Origin: Alphaproteobacteria bacterium
GTDB lineage: Bacteria > Pseudomonadota > Alphaproteobacteria > JBKEAR01
Direction of reading: 5' to 3'
DNA length: 64,000 nucleotides
NCBI GenBank assembly: GCA_047973205.1
Contig: JBKEBO010000065.1
Location: 4,540 to 68,539, forward strand
Numbering within the stretch: the stretch's first letter is position 1; the number at the start of each line of letters is the position of its first letter. The notes beneath the pieces were generated by a model that was given only the letters and a program-made list of their open reading frames with translations, did no database searches and had not been told where the DNA came from. Both the position numbers and the translations under genes were made by a program. Shown piece after piece: positions 19,182-29,162 of this stretch.

Positions 19182-19216
19182 TATAAAAGAAAAAGAGAAA
19201 AAGGGATATAAAGCTT

Positions 19217-20842
19217 ATGGTAACAACTATTACAACAAATGCTTTTGATGACCAAAAACCAGGAACATCAGGATTACGTAAAAAAGTAGCAATATTTCAG
19301 CAGCCCCATTATCTGGAAAATTATATTCAGGCCACATTTAACGCCATTGAGGCCGAGGGTAAATGCCTAGTTGTTGGTGGTGATGGCCGTTACTTTAGTG
19401 TTGAAGCCATTCAGATTATTACAAAAATTGCTGCGGGCAATGGTGTAAAAAAACTGGTTATTGGCCGTGATGGCTTGTTTTCGACACCTGCGGTTTCTCA
19501 TGTTATCCGTAAATATAAAATGGATGGAGCGATTATTTTATCGGCTTCTCATAATCCTGGTGGGCCAAAGGGAGATTTTGGTGTTAAGTATAATATCGCT
19601 GCAGGAGGGCCTGCACCTGAGGATATTACCGATAGAATCTACGAAGAGAGTCTAAAAATTCAATCATATAACATTGTTGAGGCTGATGATATCAACCTAA
19701 ACCAGCTGGGGGCTCAAAAGTTAGAAAATCTTGAAATAGAAATAATTGACCCTGTGGTGGACTATGTTGCAATGCTTAAGGAACTCTTTGACTTTGATGC
19801 AATTAAAGCTTTATTTGCCTTAGGATTTACCATTAAATTTGATGCCATGCACGCCATTACAGGGCCTTATGCCCATGCGGTGCTAGAAGATGAGCTAGGA
19901 GCTGCAAAGGGAAGTGTGATGAATGGTACGCCTTTGGCTGACTTTGGTGGAGGGCATCCTGACCCTAATCTTGTATGGGCAAAAGAACTTGTGGATATTA
20001 TGTATGGTAATAGCCCTTGTGATATGGGGGCAGCATCTGACGGTGATGGTGATCGTAATATGATTTTAGGCAAAGGCTTTTTTGTAAGTCCATCGGATAG
20101 TTTAGCGGTGATGGTTGCCAATGCAAACCATGTTAAAGGCTATAAGAACAATCTTTTAGGGGTTGCACGTTCTATGCCAACCTCGATTATTGTCGATAAA
20201 GTTGCCGAAGGGGTGGGTATTCCTTATTACGAAACCCCTACAGGTTGGAAATTTTTTGGGACACTCTTAGATGATAAGCGTGTAAGCTTATGTGGCGAGG
20301 AAAGCTTTGGTACAGGCTCTAATCATATTCGTGAAAAAGATGGACTTTGGGCTGTTCTTTACTGGTTAAATATTGTGGCTATACGTAAAATGTCTATTGA
20401 AGATATTACCAAAGAGCTATGGGCTCAATATGGACAAGCCTATTATATGCGTCATGACTTTGAGGAAGTCTCTAGTGAAGCTGCTGATACTTTGATGAAT
20501 GGCTTAGAAGCTCAGCTACCAACACTTAAAGGTAAGAGTTTTAATGGCTTAACGGTTACATTTGCTGATAACTTCAGCTATATAGATCCTGTAGATGGTT
20601 CAAGGGCAGACAATCAGGGTTATCGTATCTTATTCGATAATGAGAGCCGTGCAGTTTTTCGCCGCTCTGGTACAGGAACACAAGGAGCGACCATCCGCCT
20701 TTATATGGAACGGATGGAATATGATACCACTAAGCAAAATATGGACACGCAAAAAGCTTTAGCACAAGTCGTTAAGGCCGCCTATGAGCTAAGTAATATC
20801 TTGGTAATCACTCAAAAAACAAAAGCAGATGTAATTACTTAA
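19217..20842 (+). CDS. pgm: Phosphoglucomutase (alpha-D-glucose phosphate-specific)
   Basis: TSGLRKK substrate motif, SASHNPGGP phosphoserine loop, 541 aa. Confidence 0.9.
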   Translation: MVTTITTNAFDDQKPGTSGLRKKVAIFQQPHYLENYIQATFNAIEAEGKCLVVGGDGRYFSVEAIQIITKIAAGNGVKKLVIGRDGLFSTPAVSHVIRKYKMDGAIILSASHNPGGPKGDFGVKYNIAAGGPAPEDITDRIYEESLKIQSYNIVEADDINLNQLGAQKLENLEIEIIDPVVDYVAMLKELFDFDAIKALFALGFTIKFDAMHAITGPYAHAVLEDELGAAKGSVMNGTPLADFGGGHPDPNLVWAKELVDIMYGNSPCDMGAASDGDGDRNMILGKGFFVSPSDSLAVMVANANHVKGYKNNLLGVARSMPTSIIVDKVAEGVGIPYYETPTGWKFFGTLLDDKRVSLCGEESFGTGSNHIREKDGLWAVLYWLNIVAIRKMSIEDITKELWAQYGQAYYMRHDFEEVSSEAADTLMNGLEAQLPTLKGKSFNGLTVTFADNFSYIDPVDGSRADNQGYRILFDNESRAVFRRSGTGTQGATIRLYMERMEYDTTKQNMDTQKALAQVVKAAYELSNILVITQKTKADVIT

Positions 20843-20855
20843 AATAGCTTTAATA

Positions 20856-23615
20856 CTATTCTTCTTCAGTATTTTTAGTGTCATCCTCAACTATTTCCTG
20901 AGGAGTTTCAATAACTTCGCCTGTTTCAGCATCGATATTTTCTAAGGCTTCATCATCATCAATATCTGTTAAGCGGGTTACAGAAACAACTTTTTCTTTA
21001 TCGGCTACTTTAAACAAAGTTACCCCTTGAGTACGACGACCAGCCACACGAACATTAACAAGGGGGAGACGAATAAGTTGCCCACCGTCAGAAACCATCA
21101 CAAGCTGATCTTCAGCTTCCACAGGGAAAGCGGCAATAACAGGGCCTGTTTTTTCGGTCATATCAATAGCAGAAATACCTTTACCGCCACGGTTTGTAAC
21201 ACGATATTCGTAACATGATGTTCGTTTACCAAAGCCATTTTCGGTAACTGTAAGAACAAATTCTTCATTTTCTTCAAAGGTTTGTATCTCTTCAGATGAA
21301 AGGCTAACCTCAATTTGTTCATCACGACGTTTTGCTGAGGCATAGCGTAAATATTCATCACGTTTTTCGGTATCATCAATCACATAGCCTTTAAGGGAAG
21401 ACATAGAAATCAGATAATCTTTATCGGCCAAACGAATACCACGAACCCCACGAGAATTACGCCCTGCAAATACACGAACAGCATCATAGTTAAAGCGAAT
21501 AGTATTACCTAAGTAACTGTTTAAGATAATATCGTCGCCCTCATTAATAGCAATAACACCAATGAGATGCTCATCATCAAGGAGCTTCATAGCGATTTTA
21601 CCATTAGAGCGAACATCCGTAAAATCCGAAAGAACATTACGGCGAACATAGCCTTTATCCGTAGCAAAGACAGCATACATATCTTTCCAGCTATCTTCAT
21701 CTTCAGGAAGTGGCATTAAGGTAGTTACAACTTCACCCTCGTTTAACGGGAGTAAGTTAACCAAAGCACGCCCTTTTGATTGCGGTGTTCCTACAGGGAG
21801 TTTATAAACTTTCATCTTATAAACCATGCCTGCATTGGTGAAAAATAATACAGGTGTATGAGTATTTACCATATAGACTTGGCTCACAAAATCTTCATCT
21901 TTGGTAGACATACCCGAACGCCCTTTACCGCCACGCTTTTGAGCTCGATAAGTTGAAAGGGGTACTCGCTTAATATAGCCCTCAGATGATACAGTAATTA
22001 CCATATCTTCTCGTTGGATAAGGTCTTCATCGTCAATGTCAATACCAACATCGGAGATTTCTGTACGGCGTTCATCACCAAATCTTTCCCGAGCCTCAAT
22101 AAGCTCATTTTTCATGAGGTTCAAAAGAACATTACGAGATTGTAAAATCTCTAAATAGCCTGCAATCTCAGTGGCAATCTCTTCCAAATCGGCTCTAATT
22201 TTATCACGCTCTAGGCCTGTTAAGCGGTGGAGACGAAGCTCTGTAATACTGCGAGCTTGCACAGGTGAAAGTTGATAAACACCATCTTCAACCTTACGGC
22301 CAGGCTCATCAATTAAGTCAATAAGCGGTTTAATATCTTCAGCAGGCCATTTTTTAGCTAAGATTTTTTGCTCAGCTTCATCACGATTAGAGGCATTACG
22401 AATAATGGCAATAATTTCATCCACATTGGCAACCGCAACAGCTAAACCTGCTAAGATATGAGCCCTATCACGAGCCTTATTAAGTAGATAAATAGTACGG
22501 CGGCGAATAGTCTCCTCACGGAAGTCCAAAAAGGCAACTAAAAGCTCTTTAAGGTTCATTTGACGAGGGCGGCCTTTGTCTAAAGCAAGGGCATTTACGC
22601 CGTAAGATGTTTGTAAACTGGTATAACGATAAAGTTGGTTTAATACCACATCAGGCTCAAAATCTCGTTTAACTTCAACCACAACACGTACACCATGACG
22701 GTCAGATTCGTCTCTAATTTCGGCAATGCCTTCAATACGGCCTTCTTTAGCACAGTTAGAAACTTGCTCAACCATACGAGCTTTGTTTACTTGCCAAGGA
22801 ATCTCCGTAATGATGATGCGTCCACGAGCCTTATGATTATGTTCAACTTCGGCACGACCACGAACCACAATAGAGCCTCGGCCTGTACGGGCTGCGGCTA
22901 CAGCACCACCACGCCCCATAATAATGCCACCTGTAGGAAAATCAGGGGCAGGAACAATCTGTAAAAGTTCATCAATAGTAAGCTCTGGGTTATCAATAAG
23001 AGCACAAGCCGCATTGATAACTTCCGTTGGATTATGAGGAAGCATATTGGTTGCCATACCCACCGCAATACCACCCGCACCGTTAATGAGCAGGTTTGGA
23101 TAGCGTGCAGGAAGAACCTCAGGCTCGCTCGTGCTTTCGTCATAATTGGGAATAAAATCAACAGTATCTTTATCGATATCTTCGACTAAAGAGGCTGCAG
23201 CACGGGTCATTCGAGCTTCCGTATAACGCATAGCCGCTGCACTATCTCCATCCATAGAGCCAAAGTTTCCTTGGCCGTCAACCATAGTGACTCGCATGGA
23301 GAATTTTTGAGCCAAACGCACCATGGCATCGTAAATAGCACTATCACCATGGGGATGATATTTACCCATCACATCACCAACGATACGAGCCGATTTCCTA
23401 TAAGGTCGCCCAGGTGTGTAGCCGCCTTCATTCATGGTATATACAATACGACGGTGTACAGGTTTTAGCCCATCTCTCGCATCGGGGAGTGCACGGCTCA
23501 CAATAACGCTCATGGCATAGTCAAGGTAAGATTTACGCATCTCGTCAGTTATGGAAACAGGAACAATCTCATCTGAGCCTGTGTTGGGGTCTACAATATT
23601 ATCATCTAAAGCCAA
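20856..23615 (-). CDS. gyrA: DNA gyrase subunit A
   Basis: [10 protein letters not shown] active-site tyrosine region, 919 aa, acidic C-terminal tail. The start codon is TTG. Confidence 0.95.
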   Translation of the reverse strand: MALDDNIVDPNTGSDEIVPVSITDEMRKSYLDYAMSVIVSRALPDARDGLKPVHRRIVYTMNEGGYTPGRPYRKSARIVGDVMGKYHPHGDSAIYDAMVRLAQKFSMRVTMVDGQGNFGSMDGDSAAAMRYTEARMTRAAASLVEDIDKDTVDFIPNYDESTSEPEVLPARYPNLLINGAGGIAVGMATNMLPHNPTEVINAACALIDNPELTIDELLQIVPAPDFPTGGIIMGRGGAVAAARTGRGSIVVRGRAEVEHNHKARGRIIITEIPWQVNKARMVEQVSNCAKEGRIEGIAEIRDESDRHGVRVVVEVKRDFEPDVVLNQLYRYTSLQTSYGVNALALDKGRPRQMNLKELLVAFLDFREETIRRRTIYLLNKARDRAHILAGLAVAVANVDEIIAIIRNASNRDEAEQKILAKKWPAEDIKPLIDLIDEPGRKVEDGVYQLSPVQARSITELRLHRLTGLERDKIRADLEEIATEIAGYLEILQSRNVLLNLMKNELIEARERFGDERRTEISDVGIDIDDEDLIQREDMVITVSSEGYIKRVPLSTYRAQKRGGKGRSGMSTKDEDFVSQVYMVNTHTPVLFFTNAGMVYKMKVYKLPVGTPQSKGRALVNLLPLNEGEVVTTLMPLPEDEDSWKDMYAVFATDKGYVRRNVLSDFTDVRSNGKIAMKLLDDEHLIGVIAINEGDDIILNSYLGNTIRFNYDAVRVFAGRNSRGVRGIRLADKDYLISMSSLKGYVIDDTEKRDEYLRYASAKRRDEQIEVSLSSEEIQTFEENEEFVLTVTENGFGKRTSCYEYRVTNRGGKGISAIDMTEKTGPVIAAFPVEAEDQLVMVSDGGQLIRLPLVNVRVAGRRTQGVTLFKVADKEKVVSVTRLTDIDDDEALENIDAETGEVIETPQEIVEDDTKNTEEE

Positions 23616-23663
23616 TAGTTTTGCCCTTTATCTTCTTGATTTTATGTCTTAAAAAATATAAAA

Positions 23664-23681
23664 AAGGAGGCTATCCTCCTT
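23664..23681 (-). promoter_or_regulatory. Stem-loop followed by a U-run in the gyrA 5' leader
   Basis: aaggagg-ctat-cctcctt hairpin. On the minus strand it is followed by TTTTTTATATTTTTT and sits 50-65 bp upstream of the gyrA TTG start. Confidence 0.3.
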
Positions 23682-23826
23682 TGTAAATTACATGTTTGAA
23701 TTATAACGGATTAATCAAAACAAAACAAGGAAAAAGCTCAAATATGAATAAATGAAATTCATCCTTTCCAAAAGAGCCTTAAAAGGCTATATTATTTAGA
23801 GTAAATTAATAAAATAAGAGAATATT

Positions 23827-24096
23827 ATGACGGAAATTTTATATATTATCTATCGCGTTTTAGGACTGATAAGTTGGGTTTTATTCGCCAAGGTTATTGT
23901 GGATGTTTTGGTGATGGGACGCATTATTCCTTATAATGATACGATGGGTAAAATTATGCAGGTTTTACATCAGCTTACCGAGCCTATCTTAGGGCGTATT
24001 CGTGGTATGTTGCCGCCAGCACCTATTGATATATCCTATATTGTTGCTATATTTGGTATTTGGATTTTACGGATGTTTATTGCGACAATCATATGA
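23827..24096 (+). CDS. YggT family membrane protein
   Basis: 89-aa two-TM protein typical of YggT/Ycf19. It is followed by a DUF167 gene as in other bacteria. Confidence 0.6.
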   Translation: MTEILYIIYRVLGLISWVLFAKVIVDVLVMGRIIPYNDTMGKIMQVLHQLTEPILGRIRGMLPPAPIDISYIVAIFGIWILRMFIATII

Positions 24097-24422
24097 TAGA
24101 AAAATCACCTCCACTTGTTCAAAAAAAAGGGGAGGTTTTTTTACATATTCGTCTAACGCCCAATGGCAATAGTGATGAGTTCTTAGGGATAGATAAGGAT
24201 GAGTATGGGCAGGAATTTTTAAAAATAAAAGTGCGAGCCATACCCGAAAAAGGTAAAGCCAATAAGGCTCTTATTGCGTTTATTGCTAAGGAATGCCATA
24301 TGGCAAAATCTCTTATTTTAGTGGCTTCGGGAGAAACACAAAGACGGAAAATACTAAAAATTGACCTACCATTTAATGAAGCAAAATCAAAGCTTAAAGA
24401 CATTTTAGACATAAAAGGATAA
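24093..24422 (+). CDS. DUF167 (YggU) family protein
   Basis: HIRLTPNGNSDEFLGI...KIKVRAIPEKGKAN matches the DUF167 core. The likely start is at the MIEK ATG, and the track ORF starts further upstream. Confidence 0.6.
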   Translation: MIEKSPPLVQKKGEVFLHIRLTPNGNSDEFLGIDKDEYGQEFLKIKVRAIPEKGKANKALIAFIAKECHMAKSLILVASGETQRRKILKIDLPFNEAKSKLKDILDIKG

Positions 24423-24426
24423 AATC

Positions 24427-25317
24427 ATGACACCCCAAATTCTTGACGGAAAAACCATGGCTCAAAATCTCCGTAGCCGAATTAAGGAAAATATCGTTCA
24501 GCTTGGCTCTAAAGCCGCACCAGGTTTAGCGGTTATTCTGGTGGGGGATGATGCAGCATCTTCGGTTTATGTGAACTCTAAAATTAAGGCTTGCCATGAG
24601 GTTGGGATACAATCTTTTGAGCATCGTTTAGCCAGCACGACAAGTGAAGAAGAGCTGATAGAGCTTATTGAAAAGCTTAATAATAACAAAGACGTAAATG
24701 GTATTTTGGTGCAATTACCTTTGCCTAAGCATATGAATGAAGAACGAGTGCTTGCTATGGTGGACTTTACCAAAGATGTGGATGGCTTTCATACGGTGAA
24801 TGCGGGCTTGCTTTCTATTGGGAGTGATAAGGCAATTATTCCTTGTACGCCAATGGGTTGCATGATTATGCTACGTTCGGTTATTGATAATTTTTCGGGG
24901 TTAAATGCGGTGGTGATTGGACGCTCGAATATTGTGGGTAAGCCCATGGCCAATTTACTCCTTAAGGAAAATTGTACGGTAACAATTGTTCACTCAAGAA
25001 CTAAGAATATCAAAGAGATATGCCAAAATGCGGATATTTTAGTGGCGGCGGTTGGTGTAGCAGAGATGGTCGGAACTGATTATGTTAAAAAGGGGGCTTA
25101 TATTATTGATGTGGGGATTAATCGTATAGAAGATGCAAGTAAACCAAAGGGTTATCGCCTTACGGGAGATGTGGACTTTGAGGCCGTTGCTCCTAAAGCA
25201 GCAGCGATTACGCCAGTACCAGGCGGGGTTGGGCCAATGACGATTGCATGTTTGATGCTTAATACGCTTATTTGTTTTTGTCGGCAAAATAATTTACCGC
25301 TTCCTGAGACCTATTAA
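24427..25317 (+). CDS. folD: Bifunctional methylenetetrahydrofolate dehydrogenase/cyclohydrolase
   Basis: N-terminal ILDGK, GRSNIVGKPMA NADP motif, PVPGGVGPMT motif. Confidence 0.9.
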   Translation: MTPQILDGKTMAQNLRSRIKENIVQLGSKAAPGLAVILVGDDAASSVYVNSKIKACHEVGIQSFEHRLASTTSEEELIELIEKLNNNKDVNGILVQLPLPKHMNEERVLAMVDFTKDVDGFHTVNAGLLSIGSDKAIIPCTPMGCMIMLRSVIDNFSGLNAVVIGRSNIVGKPMANLLLKENCTVTIVHSRTKNIKEICQNADILVAAVGVAEMVGTDYVKKGAYIIDVGINRIEDASKPKGYRLTGDVDFEAVAPKAAAITPVPGGVGPMTIACLMLNTLICFCRQNNLPLPETY

Positions 25318-25324
25318 ACAGCAT

Positions 25325-25513
25325 GATTTTTGCCAAAATTCACCCGTTTTTGTCCATTTCTGTCCATAATTATCCATAAAAAAACCAAAAAAATCCCCTT
25401 TTTGTCACAACCAAAAAGGGAATATAAGTTTTCTTTGGGGATTTATTCTGCCCATTTAAGGAACAAAAATGGACAGAAATGGATAAAAATGGATATTTAT
25501 TGCCAAAATTTGG
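25325..25513. repeat. Copy B of the ~190-bp dispersed intergenic repeat
   Basis: Direct-repeat flanks TTTTGCCAAAATT (25327-25339) and ATTGCCAAAATTT (25499-25511). Internal inverted repeats TTTTGTCCATTTCTGTCCAT and ATGGACAGAAATGG. A central 8-bp-stem hairpin (25396-25420) may serve as the acs terminator. Confidence 0.6.
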
Positions 25514-27469
25514 TTAATCTTGGCTTAAACGACCATCAACTAAAACCTTGACAATATCAGGGTCAGATAGGGTTGAGATATCACCAAAATCATTGACTTC
25601 ATTCATAGCAATTTTGCGTAAAATTCGCCGCATAATTTTGCCCGAACGTGTTCGAGGTAAGCCAGGAGCAAACTGGATTTTACCAGGAATAGCAATGCCG
25701 CCAATCTGCTCACGAACAGATTGCTTCATTCGTTCGAGTAAATCGTCATTGACCTCATAGCCCTCCTTAAGGGTTACGTAAGCATAAATACCTTCGCCTT
25801 TAATATCATGAGGATAGCCCACAACTGCAGCTTCGGCTACATCAGGAACTTCATCGAGTGCATCTTCAATTTCAGCCGTACCAAGACGTTTACCTGAGAT
25901 GTTAATTACATCATCAATCCGCCCTGTAATCCAGTAGTAGCCATCGGCATCACGCTTCGCTCCATCGCCTGTATGATATTTCCCAGGATATTGCGAGAAG
26001 TAAGTCTCGATAAAGCGTTCATGGTCATTATAAAGGGTACGAGCCTGACCAGGCCAGCTATCGGCAATATTGAGAATGCCTTCAGCTTCACCTTCAAGTA
26101 AATTACCATCTTTATCAACGATTTCTGGACGAACACCAAAGAAAGGTCGTGTGGCTGAACATGGTTTTAAGTCGGTTGCACCAGGTAGAGGAGTAATCAT
26201 AATACCGCCTGTTTCGGTTTGCCACCAGCTATCAACAATAGGGCAATTTTCGTTACCAACAACACTATAATACCATTGCCAAGCCTCGTTGTTAATAGGC
26301 TCACCAACCGAGCCAATAACCCGCAAAGAATCACGCTTGGTCCGTGTAACCATATCGTTACCTTCCTTTTGCAGCATCCGAATAGCCGTAGGGGCGGTAT
26401 AAAAGAGGTTTACCTTATAGCGATCCACAATCCGCCATACACGTGAAGCATCGGGATAATAAGGAACGCCTTCAAATACAACGGTTTTTGCACCATTAGC
26501 TAGGGGGCCATAAACCATATAAGTATGCCCTGTAATCCAGCCCACATCAGCCGTACACCACCATACATCACCTTTTTGATAATCAAAGACATATTTATGG
26601 GTAAGAGCCGCGTAAACCATGTATCCACCAGTGGTATGAACCACACCTTTTGGCTTGCCTGTTGAGCCTGAAGTATAGAGGATAAAGAGAGGATCTTCTG
26701 CATTCATCTCTTCAATAGGGCATAAGGGTGAGGCTTCGGCAAGAGCTTCATGATACCAAATATCACGAGTATCACGCATGGAAATACCATGTTCTCCTGT
26801 ACGCTTAACCACAATAACTGTGTTGACATCATGCTTACCTTTAATGAAGTTTAAAGCATCGTCCACATTTTCCTTTAGCTCAAAAGAGCGTTTGGCACGG
26901 CGGGCATAATCGGCAGTAATCACTGCTTTTGCTCCACAATCTTCGATGCGAGAAGCTAAAGCTTTTGAAGAGAATCCACCAAATACCACTGAGTGAACTG
27001 CACCAATACGAGCACAGGCAAGCATTGAGATAATCGCCTCAGGAACAGGGGGAAGATATAAGATAACAGGATCACCTTTTTTAATACCACGCGACTTTAA
27101 GACATTGGCAAGACGACAAATTTCTTCGTGAAGTTCTCGCCAGTTTAAACTGCGAGACTCGCCAGGCTCGTTGCCTTCCCAAAAAATGGCAATATCACGA
27201 GGATTATCACCTAAATGTCTATCCACACAGTTCCAGCAGGCATTTAATGTACCATCTTCAAACCACTTAATGGAGACTTCTTTATCGCTATAATGGGTAT
27301 TTTTTACTTTGGTGAAAGGCTGTATCCAGTCAATAATACCTGCTTGCTCTTTCCAGAATTTATCGGGTTCTGTAATTGATTGATTATAAAGTTCTAGATA
27401 TTGCTCATTATTGATGTGAGCATTTTGTGTCCATGCAGGTTTGACATTATAGATGTTTGACTTTGACAT
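25514..27469 (-). CDS. acs: Acetyl-CoA synthetase
   Basis: 651 aa, [14 protein letters not shown]-binding motif, WWQTETGG, C-terminal [11 protein letters not shown]. Confidence 0.95.
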   Translation of the reverse strand: MSKSNIYNVKPAWTQNAHINNEQYLELYNQSITEPDKFWKEQAGIIDWIQPFTKVKNTHYSDKEVSIKWFEDGTLNACWNCVDRHLGDNPRDIAIFWEGNEPGESRSLNWRELHEEICRLANVLKSRGIKKGDPVILYLPPVPEAIISMLACARIGAVHSVVFGGFSSKALASRIEDCGAKAVITADYARRAKRSFELKENVDDALNFIKGKHDVNTVIVVKRTGEHGISMRDTRDIWYHEALAEASPLCPIEEMNAEDPLFILYTSGSTGKPKGVVHTTGGYMVYAALTHKYVFDYQKGDVWWCTADVGWITGHTYMVYGPLANGAKTVVFEGVPYYPDASRVWRIVDRYKVNLFYTAPTAIRMLQKEGNDMVTRTKRDSLRVIGSVGEPINNEAWQWYYSVVGNENCPIVDSWWQTETGGIMITPLPGATDLKPCSATRPFFGVRPEIVDKDGNLLEGEAEGILNIADSWPGQARTLYNDHERFIETYFSQYPGKYHTGDGAKRDADGYYWITGRIDDVINISGKRLGTAEIEDALDEVPDVAEAAVVGYPHDIKGEGIYAYVTLKEGYEVNDDLLERMKQSVREQIGGIAIPGKIQFAPGLPRTRSGKIMRRILRKIAMNEVNDFGDISTLSDPDIVKVLVDGRLSQD

Positions 27470-27615
27470 AAGGCCTCCATATTTTTATTTTTATTAATTT
27501 TGATATGATTTATATCAGATTTCATTTTTATATTAGCAAGAGAAAATCAAAGACGCAATAAAAAAGGCCTACCAAAAAGGCAGACCTTTAAAAACAAGTT
27601 GATTAAATACAAAGA

Positions 27616-28233
27616 TTAATCTTGTTTTGCTTCTTCTTCAACTTCTGTCGCTACTTCTTCAGCTTCAGCAACAATTGTTTCGGCTTCGGCTTCAACTTTA
27701 GCAGGAGCTTCTTCAATAATAGCTTCGTCTTCGTCATCATCACGAGCGACAACAGCAGCACCTGTTTTATGTTGAATAGCAGCTTCGTCTTCTGAACGAG
27801 CAACGTTAACTTCAACAACAGCAATAACTTCGGGGTGTAATACAATATTCACATCAAACAAACCCAAAGACTTAATAGGGTGAAGAAGTGAAACTTGTTG
27901 ACGAGCAATTGTTACACCTGCTTCTTTTGCAGCATCAGCAATATCACGAGCATTTACTGAACCGTAAAGTTGTCCCATTTCGCCAGCTTGACGAATAAGA
28001 ATAACTTCTAATTTGCCCATACTATCAGCAACTTTTTGAGCCTCATCACGCTTTTTGAGATTCTCGGCTTCGAGTTGGGCTTTTTGAGCTTCAAAGATTT
28101 TCTTGTTGGCTTCGGTTGCTCTTAAAGCTTTTTTACGTGGGAGCAAAAAGTTACGAGCATATCCGTTCTTAACAGAGATAACATCACCCATTTGCCCTAA
28201 ATTTTCAACACGTTCTAATAAAATAATTTCCAT
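27616..28233 (-). CDS. rplI: 50S ribosomal protein L9 with an acidic Ala/Glu-rich C-terminal tail
   Basis: MEIILLERVENLGQMGDVISVKNGYARNFLLP. The ATG at 28233 has AAGGAAG upstream. The track ORF begins at an upstream TTG. Confidence 0.9.
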   Translation of the reverse strand: MEIILLERVENLGQMGDVISVKNGYARNFLLPRKKALRATEANKKIFEAQKAQLEAENLKKRDEAQKVADSMGKLEVILIRQAGEMGQLYGSVNARDIADAAKEAGVTIARQQVSLLHPIKSLGLFDVNIVLHPEVIAVVEVNVARSEDEAAIQHKTGAAVVARDDDEDEAIIEEAPAKVEAEAETIVAEAEEVATEVEEEAKQD

Positions 28234-28260
28234 TGGTTCTTCCTTCTCTCTTTGCAATCA

Positions 28261-28485
28261 CTATTTAACAACATATGGCAACAGAGCAATGAAACGAGCA
28301 CGTTTAATGGCTTTAGAAAGCTCACGTTGATTTTTTGTTGAAACAGCAGTGATGCGGCTTGGTACAATTTTGCCTCGCTCAGAGATATATTTTTCTAAAA
28401 GAGAGATATCTTTATAGTCAATTTTGGCTGCATTTTCACCTGTGAATGGGTCAGACTTGCGGCGGTTAAAACGTTGTGACATCAT
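28261..28485 (-). CDS. rpsR: 30S ribosomal protein S18
   Basis: 74 aa, [42 protein letters not shown]. Confidence 0.9.
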   Translation of the reverse strand: MMSQRFNRRKSDPFTGENAAKIDYKDISLLEKYISERGKIVPSRITAVSTKNQRELSKAIKRARFIALLPYVVK

Positions 28486-28916
28486 TATTCTCCTTTATCT
28501 TCGGCTTCAGCAGGCTCTTTAGCTTCAGTTTTTTCAGTCTTTTCAACTTTGTCAGCTTTTGGAGCTTGAGGGCGAGAGCGACGCTCATCACGACCTTTAC
28601 GTTGCATCATAACAGAAGGACCTTCTTCAAGTTCTTCCACAGAAATAACAAGGTGACGAAGAACATCTTCGTTTAAGCGTAAAATACGCTCAAGTTCTGC
28701 AATCGCAGTTGCAGGGGCATCAATATTTAATAATGTATAATGACCCTTACGGTTTTTACGAATACGGTAGGCCATTTGACGAAGTCCCCAATATTCGATT
28801 TTACCAACATTGCCGCCTTGTTCGGCAACAACTTGTTTAACATTTTCGGTTAAGCCTTCGGCCTGTTGAGCCGAAAGATCCTGACGTGCAATAACTACAC
28901 ATTCATATAAAGGCAT
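28485..28916 (-). CDS. rpsF: 30S ribosomal protein S6
   Basis: [13 protein letters not shown] start, basic/acidic C-terminal tail. First gene of the rpsF-rpsR-rplI operon. Confidence 0.9.
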   Translation of the reverse strand: MPLYECVVIARQDLSAQQAEGLTENVKQVVAEQGGNVGKIEYWGLRQMAYRIRKNRKGHYTLLNIDAPATAIAELERILRLNEDVLRHLVISVEELEEGPSVMMQRKGRDERRSRPQAPKADKVEKTEKTEAKEPAEAEDKGE

Positions 28917-29014
28917 ATAATTTTCTCCTTATTTGGCTTTTCTCAACCCTATATATAAAAGCATCATTGCTTTTACCTTACTCTTGACATTATAGGGCAT
29001 AGCTAGCAACCTCA

Positions 29015-29027
29015 TTGCTACTAGCAA
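29015..29027. promoter_or_regulatory. Palindrome TTGCTA-C-TAGCAA in the divergent rpsF/fabD control region
   Basis: Perfect 6-1-6 inverted repeat with a related half-site GCTAGCAA 6 bp upstream (29002-29009). It is about 135 bp upstream of the fabD ATG. Confidence 0.3.
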
Positions 29028-29162
29028 GGAGTAAGAGCCGTATATATATTATCCTTTTACACAAAAATCAAGCAAATTATAAACAAATATTGCCAAATGC
29101 TATTGTTATATGTAACGTGTAAGGCAACTTATGAATAATTTTAAACAAAATAGGAATATAAA

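Noticed and set aside
25330-25551. 73-aa ORF MPKFTRFCPFLS... in the folD/acs spacer
   Set aside because: It lies entirely within repeat element B and reads through a terminator hairpin. It has no Shine-Dalgarno sequence and is Lys/Phe-rich and low-complexity. It is almost certainly a product of the repeat sequence, not a gene.
27470-27615. Possible terminator hairpin downstream of rplI and upstream of acs
   Set aside because: Only a 5-bp stem (aaagg/ccttt) with direct rather than inverted GGC-ACC repeats. It is too weak to call.
27616-28916. Long acidic or Ala/Glu-rich C-terminal tails on L9 and S6 as unusual extensions
   Set aside because: Such tails are normal in Rhizobiales ribosomal proteins. 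Moving the L9 start to the ATG at 28233 gives a typical length.
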